Both the position numbers and the translations under genes were made by a program. Positions 1 to 7,947 of a DNA stretch of 64,000 bases are shown in pieces. Location: positions 30,019-94,018 of the forward strand of contig JBBIOR010000003.1 in assembly GCA_037443265.1 (NCBI GenBank), given 5' to 3'. Source of the DNA: Candidatus Fraserbacteria bacterium. Its GTDB lineage: Bacteria > Bipolaricaulota > Bipolaricaulia > RBG-16-55-9. The number at the start of each line of letters is the position of its first letter. The first letter of the stretch is position 1. Below the pieces are notes generated by a model. It saw nothing but the letters and a program-made list of their open reading frames with translations, had not been told where the DNA came from and did no database searches.

Positions 1-609
1 CATCTCATGGAAGGGCCCGCGGGTTCGGGCAATATACTCGAACGTGCCGCGGATCTTCTCCGCGCCCGAGCCGGCCGCTCCATATTCTCGGCTCTCGAAG
101 CGCGCGCCCAGCATGTCATAGAAGAAGATTCGTCCCTGAGTGGCCGTGCGATCATAGGCGCTCACGATGGGCAAAAATCCCCCCAAGCCCTGCAGCGCGC
201 CGGGGAGGCTCTGAGCCAGCACTCGAGAGACTTCCGCGAGCTTTCCCTCTAGGCTCATCTCCTGAAGCTGGCTGCGGGCGTAGTATTTGAACGAGTGCCT
301 CAGGAAACGGGCCGCTTCCGCCGCTGGAGCGTAGGAGCCGGCTACGGCAATGAGTGTGTAATCATCCAGTTTGAGGATCTTCTCGGCCTCGTCGTAGAGG
401 ATGCCCCCCGCTGAGGTGGCCCGCCGATCGGCCACGTTGAGGACTCCCTCGCTGAATTTGAGCGCGATGACGGTGGTGCCCCAAGCGGCTGAGGCCCTTT
501 CCGCTTCCTGCCCCCAGGCGAGGGTCTGTCTTGCCAGCGGCAGAGGAATCCCCGCGCGCTGGAGCAGACGCGAGAAATCCCCCCAAGTCCCATCGTGTTC
601 CGGGCCCAT
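1..609 (-). CDS. prcB: 20S proteasome beta subunit with propeptide (3' end beyond window edge)
   Basis: Not in the ORF track. Hand translation from ATG 609 (alternative GTG 618 overlaps the UBact stop) gives MGPEHDGTWGDFSRLL...AAWG|TTVIALKFSEGVLNVADRRAT...EKILKLDDYTLIAVAGS. This has the Ntn-hydrolase G|TT cleavage site and DRRAT motif. Confidence 0.93.
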   Translation of the reverse strand, partial: MGPEHDGTWGDFSRLLQRAGIPLPLARQTLAWGQEAERASAAWGTTVIALKFSEGVLNVADRRATSAGGILYDEAEKILKLDDYTLIAVAGSYAPAAEAARFLRHSFKYYARSQLQEMSLEGKLAEVSRVLAQSLPGALQGLGGFLPIVSAYDRTATQGRIFFYDMLGARFESREYGAAGSGAEKIRGTFEYIARTRGPFHEM

Positions 610-614
610 GGGGT

Positions 615-794
615 TCACTCTCCGCTGCGCTGGCGATAGCGACGGGCCTGTCTGGGGTCTACGCGCTTCATTCGCTCGAGCAGCTCGCGCGTGTTGGGCC
701 TCTCCACCTCAGGCGCGCGCGGATGGCTCTCTTCGTCCTCATGGGGCTTCGTCCAGGGATCGTCCGTGACCGGCCGGGTCTTGCGCTCGGGCAT
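615..794 (-). CDS. ubact: UBact ubiquitin-like protein (59 aa)
   Basis: MPERKTRP...ELLERMKRVDPRQARRYRQRSGE with the C-terminal R-S-G-E UBact signature. SD GGAGGTG precedes ATG 794. Lies between dop and prcB. Confidence 0.92.
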   Translation of the reverse strand: MPERKTRPVTDDPWTKPHEDEESHPRAPEVERPNTRELLERMKRVDPRQARRYRQRSGE

Positions 795-799
795 TCCGT

Positions 800-2302
800 T
801 CACCTCCTCAGGCGTCGTTCGGAGTCTGCCACCCATTGTATCAAGTCTTCCAGCGTCGCATCATAGGGGACCTCGAGCGTTCCGCCCACGAGATTCTTCA
901 GGTCGAGCTCTACAGTTCTGTTCCGGTGAGTCACCATCACTCGGCTCCAGCTGGCGGATCGCACCTCGAAGCGCTGCACGCACAGCCCGCGCAGGAAGGC
1001 TCGCGTATCCTGGGGTGCTCTTCGCATGGCCTCCTCGATCTCCGCCTCGTGAGTCCAGCGTCGCAGGGCTCCTGCTCTTTCCAGCGCCCGGGAGAGTCCA
1101 CGCTCCGGATCGAGATTGTGATATTCCAGTTCGAGGCTGCATAAGAGATCGAGATCGCCCTTCACCGGGGCCCCTTCGCTCTCAATGAAAGATTCCAAAA
1201 GTTCGCGCTTGGCCACCCAGTCGAGGCGGTCCTTGAGCCGCCGCGGATCGGCCTCAAGATCATCCAGCACGCTCTCCCACTCGCGAAGCACCCAGTCTGT
1301 CTCCTCATCCCGACCGGCGAAGAGCTCTTGGGCCGCCCGTAGATAGGCCCGTTGGATGTCGATGGCCGGAATCGTCCTGCCAGAGATCTGTTCGACCAGC
1401 CAGTGTCGATCTTGATCGTGAGAGATCTGCTTTATCGCCCGCACCGGATCCTTGAGTTCGACGGGTGGGCCGTAACCGGCTTCGAGAGTGGCCAGCACCA
1501 GAGCGGTCGTGCCCATCTTGAGAGCCGTGGCATACTCGCTCAAATTCGCATCTCCACAGATGACGTGCAGGCGACGCCACTTATGGCGATCCGCGTGGGG
1601 CTCATCGCGGGTGTTGATGAGCGGCCTGTGATGGAGCGTATCTATGCCCAAGATCTCATCGAAAAAGTCCGCGCGCTGTGAGAGCTGATAGATGACCCGC
1701 TCTCCCGCGGCTTGCGGGTCGGTGCCTACCTTGCCGGCTCCGGCATAGAGAATACGCGTGACGAGAAAGGGCAGAATCCCGTTCACCAACTGCTCCAGGG
1801 GAATCACGCGCGGCACCAGATAATTCTCATGGCAGCCGTAGCTCATGCCGTGGTAGTCCGTGTTATTTTTATAGACGGACACGGCCCGCCCCGTGCGCTG
1901 CTCATAGCGCTTGGCGCAGGCCCATACGATGCGCTCCCCGGCCCGATCCTGGGCGATGAGATCTTTCAAGCTGTGGCACTCCGGTGTGCTGTACTCTGGA
2001 TGGCCGTGATCGTGATAGAGCCGAGCGCCGTTTGGGAGCACGCGATCCACGTGCTCTTCGTGAGCGGTGCGCGGCCTGGGAGCGTGAGAGATCCTTTCAT
2101 AGCGATCGTCTTTGGGGTTGGTTCTTAGGCGAGGAGCGCGGAAGCCGCGCAGATCTTGCAAGGGGCTCTCGTCACGATAGTCCCAGCGAGGCCCCGCCGG
2201 AAGAAAACTCACAAGCGCTCGGGCCTCCGAAGTGAGATCCCCTATATCCACGCCCTCGATATACAGGCCGTATTCCGTCTCTAACCCGAGCAGGCGATCC
2301 AT
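800..2302 (-). CDS. dop: Dop/PafA2-family deamidase/deconjugase
   Basis: GLETEYG, Dop-loop-like WDYRDESPLQDLRGF, NGARLYHDHGHPEYSTPEC, GCHENY, RDEPHAD, RRLHVICGDAN. Confidence 0.9.
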   Translation of the reverse strand: MDRLLGLETEYGLYIEGVDIGDLTSEARALVSFLPAGPRWDYRDESPLQDLRGFRAPRLRTNPKDDRYERISHAPRPRTAHEEHVDRVLPNGARLYHDHGHPEYSTPECHSLKDLIAQDRAGERIVWACAKRYEQRTGRAVSVYKNNTDYHGMSYGCHENYLVPRVIPLEQLVNGILPFLVTRILYAGAGKVGTDPQAAGERVIYQLSQRADFFDEILGIDTLHHRPLINTRDEPHADRHKWRRLHVICGDANLSEYATALKMGTTALVLATLEAGYGPPVELKDPVRAIKQISHDQDRHWLVEQISGRTIPAIDIQRAYLRAAQELFAGRDEETDWVLREWESVLDDLEADPRRLKDRLDWVAKRELLESFIESEGAPVKGDLDLLCSLELEYHNLDPERGLSRALERAGALRRWTHEAEIEEAMRRAPQDTRAFLRGLCVQRFEVRSASWSRVMVTHRNRTVELDLKNLVGGTLEVPYDATLEDLIQWVADSERRLRR

Positions 2303-2315
2303 GAGCGCAACGTCA

Positions 2316-4007
2316 TCATACCACGGAATCCGTGGAGAGTCTTCGGCTATCAGCCCGAATCGGACGGACCTCCACGACTTCCTCTGGGTCGTAGTCGATG
2401 AGTTTCAGCCAGTCTTCCAGATAGTCCGTCTTGGGGAATATCTCATTTTCTTTATATTCGAGTCGGATCGCCTCTTTCAGGTCTTGGGGGCGGATGCCCT
2501 CGTGCTTGCTAGCCCGCTCGATGCTGCGCTGGATCGCGAAATCTTTGGCGCGCTCTACGGCGGACATGATGAGCGCGCCGCTCACCAGATCGCTCCAGTA
2601 GAGCGTCTCGCGTCGGCCACTCTTTAGCACCACTTCCAGAAACGCCGTCTCAGGGCCACGGCGGAAGAGGTAGTCTGCGGCCTGCTCCACCAGCTCGTCG
2701 CGGGAGGCCTTCACATCCCCATCGTGCTCCCTTATCCAGTCGGGATCGAGGGGGATACGCTCGTTCAGATAGATTCTGAATATATCCGCCGAGGCCCGGC
2801 GATCCGGCCGGCCGATCTTCACTTTTCTATCGATGCGCTCCGGTCTTAAGATGGCCGGATCGATGTAATCCGGGCGGTTGGAGGTGAGCATGACGATGAC
2901 GTTCTCCAGACCCACCAGGCCATCCATCTCCGCGGCGAACTGAGGCACAACCGTGTTGGCAATGTTGAGATATCTTCCGCTGCTGCGCACGCGGAGCAAA
3001 GAGTCCGCTTCGTCGATGAACACAAACACGAGATGGCCCTCTTTGGCCCGCTCACGGGCCGCGGCGAAGATCTCGCGCACCATGCGCTCGGTCTCGCCCA
3101 GCCACATGTTCAACAATTGCGGCCCGTTGATGAACATGAAATACTCGCGCACATCTTTGCCGACGCGCTCCCTATAGGCCTGCGTGAGATTATAGGCCGT
3201 GGCTTTGGCGATGAGCGTCTTGCCGCACCCCGGCGGTCCGTAAAGCAAGATACCCTTCAGCTGCTTCTTGTCAAATCTCTCATAGAGCTCGGGATAGAGC
3301 AGCGGCCGCTCGATCGTGTCCCGAATGAGCCGGATCGCTTCCTCCTGGCCGCCGATCTGGTCCCAAGCGATCTCCGGAATCTTCTCCAAATAATAGCCCC
3401 GCACTTCGGACTTTTGGAAGTGTTCGAGCGCCACGCGCAACGAGGGCTCCAGGCGGACCTCATCTCCGGGCTTGAGGGTGATCTTCTCCAGATCCGACGA
3501 GCGCAGGATGATCCGCCCCGCCAGATGCCCATCGCTCGAGACCCTCAGTCGCCCATCGGGCAGGATCTCTGAGACTTTGACAATGGGACCCTCGGGGTGA
3601 TAGCCCAGATCGCCAATGACCGTAAAAGCCTCATTGACCTTCACGCGGGTGCCGATCTTCAGAGCCTTGGGGTCGAGCTTGGGGTCCACGTTGCAGTAGT
3701 ATTCCGCATCGCCTACGGCCAGATAGGCGATGCCCTCGGCTGGAGAGCCCAGATACGTGCCGATGCGGTTCGCCGGAGCAGTGAGTTTTCTATAGACCTC
3801 TTCAAATTGGGCGATGGCCTGTCGGGCCTCTTGTAGCTGCTGTTCATCGACCCCAAGCTGATAATCCAGAAGCTCTAGTAGCTCTAGGCGGGGATCGCTC
3901 TGGGACGTACGCGCGAGGATCTCAGCTAAGAGGGCGCGGGCCCGGATCTGGGTCTCGAATCTCTTCGGCTCAAACGATCCCTCGTGGGGCTGCTTGCGCC
4001 CGGCCAT
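2316..4007 (-). CDS. arc: Proteasome-associated AAA ATPase (ARC/Mpa)
   Basis: N-terminal coiled coil, OB region, Walker A GPPGCGKT, Walker B FIDEAD, SNRPDYIDPAILRPERID. SD GAGGTG before ATG 4007. Confidence 0.92.
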   Translation of the reverse strand: MAGRKQPHEGSFEPKRFETQIRARALLAEILARTSQSDPRLELLELLDYQLGVDEQQLQEARQAIAQFEEVYRKLTAPANRIGTYLGSPAEGIAYLAVGDAEYYCNVDPKLDPKALKIGTRVKVNEAFTVIGDLGYHPEGPIVKVSEILPDGRLRVSSDGHLAGRIILRSSDLEKITLKPGDEVRLEPSLRVALEHFQKSEVRGYYLEKIPEIAWDQIGGQEEAIRLIRDTIERPLLYPELYERFDKKQLKGILLYGPPGCGKTLIAKATAYNLTQAYRERVGKDVREYFMFINGPQLLNMWLGETERMVREIFAAARERAKEGHLVFVFIDEADSLLRVRSSGRYLNIANTVVPQFAAEMDGLVGLENVIVMLTSNRPDYIDPAILRPERIDRKVKIGRPDRRASADIFRIYLNERIPLDPDWIREHDGDVKASRDELVEQAADYLFRRGPETAFLEVVLKSGRRETLYWSDLVSGALIMSAVERAKDFAIQRSIERASKHEGIRPQDLKEAIRLEYKENEIFPKTDYLEDWLKLIDYDPEEVVEVRPIRADSRRLSTDSVV

Positions 4008-4026
4008 GGTCTCACCTCGAGACTTA

Positions 4027-4055
4027 ACGTTAACGCGAATCCTGCGGGGATGCAA
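4027..4055 (-). promoter_or_regulatory. sigma70-like promoter of the arc-dop-ubact-prcB operon
   Basis: TTGCAT-17 nt-TAACGT on the minus strand, about 20 nt upstream of the arc ATG. Confidence 0.5.
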
Positions 4056-4125
4056 GGGTCACGTGGGATTCGCTTAGGTGACCCTACCGCTTGCTGTGTG
4101 TCTCCGTTCGAGATAAAAAGGAGCC

Positions 4126-5412
4126 ATGGCGCTTCAAAGAGGCTGGATTCTTCTGCTGGTGCTCATGGCGTGGACCCCGGTCCCTGCGCAGGGAGTGTGG
4201 GCGTGGGAGTCCGTCCGGGCGCAGCTGGCACAGAGCCTTCCCCTCATCGGCGTGGATCGAGTCCATCAGCAGTTGGGCATCACGGGCTCCGGTGTGGATG
4301 TCCTTATCATCGATGACTGGACGATCAACGAGGAGGGCCTTGTCCATGGGCAAGCGGTGGCTGAAGCGGTGAGGGCGGTCGCCCCAGGGGCTCGACTCTC
4401 GTTTTGCAAGCTGGACTTTTCAACCACGAAAGAAGGGGATCTCACAAGGTGTTTGACGCAGATGTTGAGAGAGCGCCCGATTCGCGTGGTCAATCTGAGC
4501 TTCGCTGTGGGAGAGAATCTCTTCCGTCAGCCGTGCGCCTGGGTGGATGACGCGTTGGCTCGGGCCATCCGGCAGCTCTCTCGCCTGGGCGTCATCTTTG
4601 TGGCGGCGGCCGGCAACGACGGGATGAAGGGTGCTCTGCGCTACCCGGCGTGTCTGCCTGAAGTGATCTCTGTAGGGGCGACGTATGATCTGGCGGGTCC
4701 GGTCGAGTTTGACACAGATCAAGTCTTCTGTCGGGATCAGGCGGCTGTGGATCAAGTGGCGTGTTACTCGAACGTCGCGGATTATTTGTCTCTGGTGGCA
4801 CCGGGGACCGTGATCAGCACGCCTTCCGCCCGCAACTTTGGAGGTACCTCGGCTGCCGCTCCCCTCGTGAGTGGCATAATTGCCCTCCTGCTCGAGGCAG
4901 ATCCATGGCTCTCGGAGCGGCAAATCCTCAGTAAACTCCGAAGCACCGCAGCCAGAGCGTTCGACCCGGCGACGGATGAAGTCTATCCTCGAGTGGACGC
5001 CTATCGAGCGGTTCGCGCGGCCATCTCGGGCACTTCACGTGAGAGAGTGACGCGATTCGACGCCAACGGCAACGGCGTGCTCGATGACTCTGAGTTCTTC
5101 GCCGCCGTGGACGAGTGGATTGCCCATCAAATCAGCGATGAACTCTTCTTTAGGGTAATGGATGCCTGGGCTACGCAGAGACGGCTTCTGGCCGTGGCAG
5201 ATCGTACGGAGCCTTCGGAGTTAGCAAGGGCTGAAAGGATTCAGCTCTTTGATCTTCAAGGAACGCCCATTGCCCAGCTGCCGGGAACGGCGTGGCAGGC
5301 ACTTCGTCGCTCCTTGCCCACGTTGGCCAACGGGATCTACGTTTACGTGGCGGAGTTCTCGCAGGAGGGACGCAGGACCCAAAAGATGGGCAAGCTCGTG
5401 ATTCTGAAATGA
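4126..5412 (+). CDS. Secreted S8 subtilase with EF-hand-like motif and T9SS-CTD/FlgD-like C-terminus
   Basis: Signal peptide; catalytic motifs IIDD, HG, AAAGND, GTSAAAP; DANGNGVLDDSEF; C-terminal LANGIYVY...GKLVILK. Confidence 0.85.
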   Translation: MALQRGWILLLVLMAWTPVPAQGVWAWESVRAQLAQSLPLIGVDRVHQQLGITGSGVDVLIIDDWTINEEGLVHGQAVAEAVRAVAPGARLSFCKLDFSTTKEGDLTRCLTQMLRERPIRVVNLSFAVGENLFRQPCAWVDDALARAIRQLSRLGVIFVAAAGNDGMKGALRYPACLPEVISVGATYDLAGPVEFDTDQVFCRDQAAVDQVACYSNVADYLSLVAPGTVISTPSARNFGGTSAAAPLVSGIIALLLEADPWLSERQILSKLRSTAARAFDPATDEVYPRVDAYRAVRAAISGTSRERVTRFDANGNGVLDDSEFFAAVDEWIAHQISDELFFRVMDAWATQRRLLAVADRTEPSELARAERIQLFDLQGTPIAQLPGTAWQALRRSLPTLANGIYVYVAEFSQEGRRTQKMGKLVILK

Positions 5413-5416
5413 ACCC

Positions 5417-5492
<76 letters not shown>

Positions 5493-5580
5493 AAGCTCTT
5501 TAATACTACCCTGTCCTAGCCCCCAGGTCAAGCAGCAGTCCTTGTGCTCACGCGCCAGGTCCACTACAATAGCTCAAGAG

Positions 5581-6276
5581 ATGAAGAAGGAACTGGAAGC
5601 CCTCTTAGCTCTTCAAGCGCAAGACAAACGCCTTAGGACTTTGCAGGACCAACTCCAGCGACTCTTCGAACAGCGCCAGCAGCTGCAAGCCACTCTGGAC
5701 GCAGAAGAGCAGATCTTAGCCGAAGAGCGGAGGCGATTGGCTGAGCTCCAACGCCTCAGCTGGGAGAAGACAGCGGAAGTCGATGATCTGGATGTCCAGA
5801 TTCGCAAATACGAGCACCAGCTGGAGGAAGGCCTCCTCAGCTTCAAGGAGATGGAGGCGCTGCGCGAGAAAGTCCAGCACAGCCGTCAGCGCATGGAGCA
5901 GCTGGAAGAGGAGGCCATTCCGCTCTTAGAACGAGTCGAGCAGGAGAGGGCCAAGATGGCCGAGCGCGAGGCGGCCTTTGCCCAGTGGAAGAGCCGCATG
6001 GCCGAGGAAGTCGCCGAAGTGAATCAGCAGTCGGAAGAGCAGCGTCGGAAGATCGAGGAGGAGCAAGCCAAGCGCCGGGAGCTGGCCCAGCACGTCGATG
6101 CGGCCCTTCTGGAGCGCTACGAGCGTCTCCGTGCCGAATATGAAGACCCCCTGGTCGCTGTGCGCGACGGGCGCTGCAACGGTTGCAAGCTTAACTTGAG
6201 CGAGACCACCATCGAGCGCGTCCGCGAGGGGTTAGACCTCGTGACCTGCGAGAACTGCTTGCGCATTCTATATTAG
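5581..6276 (+). CDS. Coiled-coil protein with C4 zinc ribbon (DUF164/CT398 family)
   Basis: Long heptad region, then CNGC...CENCLRILY. Confidence 0.88.
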   Translation: MKKELEALLALQAQDKRLRTLQDQLQRLFEQRQQLQATLDAEEQILAEERRRLAELQRLSWEKTAEVDDLDVQIRKYEHQLEEGLLSFKEMEALREKVQHSRQRMEQLEEEAIPLLERVEQERAKMAEREAAFAQWKSRMAEEVAEVNQQSEEQRRKIEEEQAKRRELAQHVDAALLERYERLRAEYEDPLVAVRDGRCNGCKLNLSETTIERVREGLDLVTCENCLRILY

Positions 6277-6292
6277 TAGCTCTCAGCCTGTG

Positions 6293-7042
6293 ATGTCCCG
6301 TAGGGCATTCTGGGTCATTGGGGGAATGATCTGCTTCGGGCTCTTTAAGGGTCTGGCAGCCGAAGAGCCTCCGCTCCCCCAGCCGATAGGGGAGCTCAAC
6401 GACTACGCGGGCATCCTGGGACAAGAGAGCCGCCAGCAACTCCAACGCAGCATCGATGAGCTGAAGACCCAAGGCGTGAAGGTGTTTTTGCTGATCACTC
6501 TTCTTGATCCCTTCAGCGATCCTGCGCAGCTGGCAGAGAGGATCTGGCAGGCGTGGAAGCTTGCGCCTGAGCGAACGATCCTCATCGTGTTCGTGAGGGA
6601 GGCAGACCAGTGGGCTCTCTGGTGGAAGCTCACGCCGGATCTGGCCTCACAGTTGGACTACTCCTCCACTGGGGAGTATCGGAGCTCTCTGGAGCGGCTC
6701 CTCAAAGAGCGGCGGGTGGGACAGGCTGTTGTGCATTCCATTGAGTCGCTGCGAGGGTGGTTTGCCCCTCCCAAAGCGTCTGAGGAACTTCCGCCCAGAG
6801 CGGGTCCTTCTGCGGGCTCTCCGCTCTTCTGGTACCTGCTGGCAGGAGCAGGCGGAGTGGGGATGATTGCAGGCTTGATCTGGTTCGCTCTCGTCTGGCT
6901 CTGCCCCGAGTGCGGGGGGAGGCTGAGCCGGCGTTCTGCCTGGGCTTTCGGGCCCGGCCGTTGGGCTCGTAGCCGGAGGCGCGAGCGGGTATACTATTGT
7001 GCGCGATGTGGGTATCTCCGCATCCGACGGGGAGAGAGGTAG
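6293..7042 (+). CDS. TPM-domain membrane protein with C-terminal zinc ribbon
   Basis: Signal peptide, LNDYAGIL TPM start, one TM helix, CPECGG...CARCGY. Confidence 0.75.
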   Translation: MSRRAFWVIGGMICFGLFKGLAAEEPPLPQPIGELNDYAGILGQESRQQLQRSIDELKTQGVKVFLLITLLDPFSDPAQLAERIWQAWKLAPERTILIVFVREADQWALWWKLTPDLASQLDYSSTGEYRSSLERLLKERRVGQAVVHSIESLRGWFAPPKASEELPPRAGPSAGSPLFWYLLAGAGGVGMIAGLIWFALVWLCPECGGRLSRRSAWAFGPGRWARSRRRERVYYCARCGYLRIRRGER

Positions 7043-7388
7043 AGGGCCGCGGAAGCGTCAAAGCTTCTGAGGAAAGTCCGGGCTCCACAGGGCAGGCCGC
7101 TCGGTGAGAAGCCGAGAGGGAGCGATCCCTGGGTAAGGCCACAGAGACCAGACCGCCGACGTGTACTTCAGCCGACAGGCCCGAAGCGCACAGGCAAGGG
7201 TGAAAGGGTGGGGTAAGAGCCCACCGCCGGTCCTCGCGAGAGGGCCGTGGCTGGCAGCCCCCCGGCCGGAGCAAGGCCAAATAGGCAGGCGCTTGAGGGT
7301 GGCCCGCCCGAGCCTGTGGGTAGGCCGCTCAGATAGATGGCCCTCGCCCTTCATCAGGGAACAGAACCCGGCTTACGCCTCTCTCCCC
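7029..7388 (+). ncRNA. rnpB: RNase P RNA (bacterial, type A-like)
   Basis: GAGGAAAGTCCGGGCTC near 7069 and ACAGAACCCGGCTTA near 7361. P1 helix GGGGAGAGAGG (7029-7039) pairs with CCTCTCTCCCC (7378-7388). Confidence 0.95.
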
Positions 7389-7554
7389 GGCTTTGCTTTT
7401 CTGCCTGACAGCAACGCTTGGGTGCTCTTTGGGTCTTCGGTCCTCCGGAGCCCTGACTCCCATGCTGTGGCTCCTTGGCCCCTGCCTGCCGCGTCCCGAC
7501 GAGCATCCTAGCACAAAGCGACGGAGGGGACAAATGCCCTCTCTTAAGTTCGGC

Positions 7555-7582
7555 TTGCATCCAGAGCGGGAAGTGCTATAAT
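7555..7582 (+). promoter_or_regulatory. ssrA promoter
   Basis: TTGCAT-16 nt-TATAAT with extended -10 TG. Confidence 0.7.
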
Positions 7583-7947
7583 AGCCTTGCGTTCTTTGAC
7601 AATTGGGGGTGAATGGATTCGACGGGGATGCCGAAGGGCAGGCCGCAGGTGGAGTTGGCCGCTCACTCCTTAATCAGGCGGCAAAGCACGATAAGTGCCA
7701 ACGAATTTGCTTACGCTGCTCCTTCGCTAAACTAACGAAGGAGCCGTTCGCTTGAGCTTCCGCCTGCAGGGCTCAGGACGAACGTCGATGATGCGGGCTG
7801 GCTCTACTCTGCGCCCTCCGGAGTGGAGTGACACCTAGAGGGCTCGGACGCCCAGATCCTGTCTCGTGGGAGCTTAGCGTCTCAAAACAGAGCACGAGAC
7901 TATGCCTGTAGAAGCCGATCGGAGGCATCTCCGGACGCGGGTTCGAT

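Noticed and set aside
7400..7500. SRP (4.5S) or 6S RNA
   Set aside because: The SRP CAGG-stem-GNRA-stem-AGCA motif is not properly formed and the region is too short for 6S. Kept only as an unknown antisense unit.
7058..7581. ORFs 7058-7354, 7161-7511 and 7393-7581
   Set aside because: They overlap the RNase P RNA or promoters and have no protein motifs; shadow ORFs.
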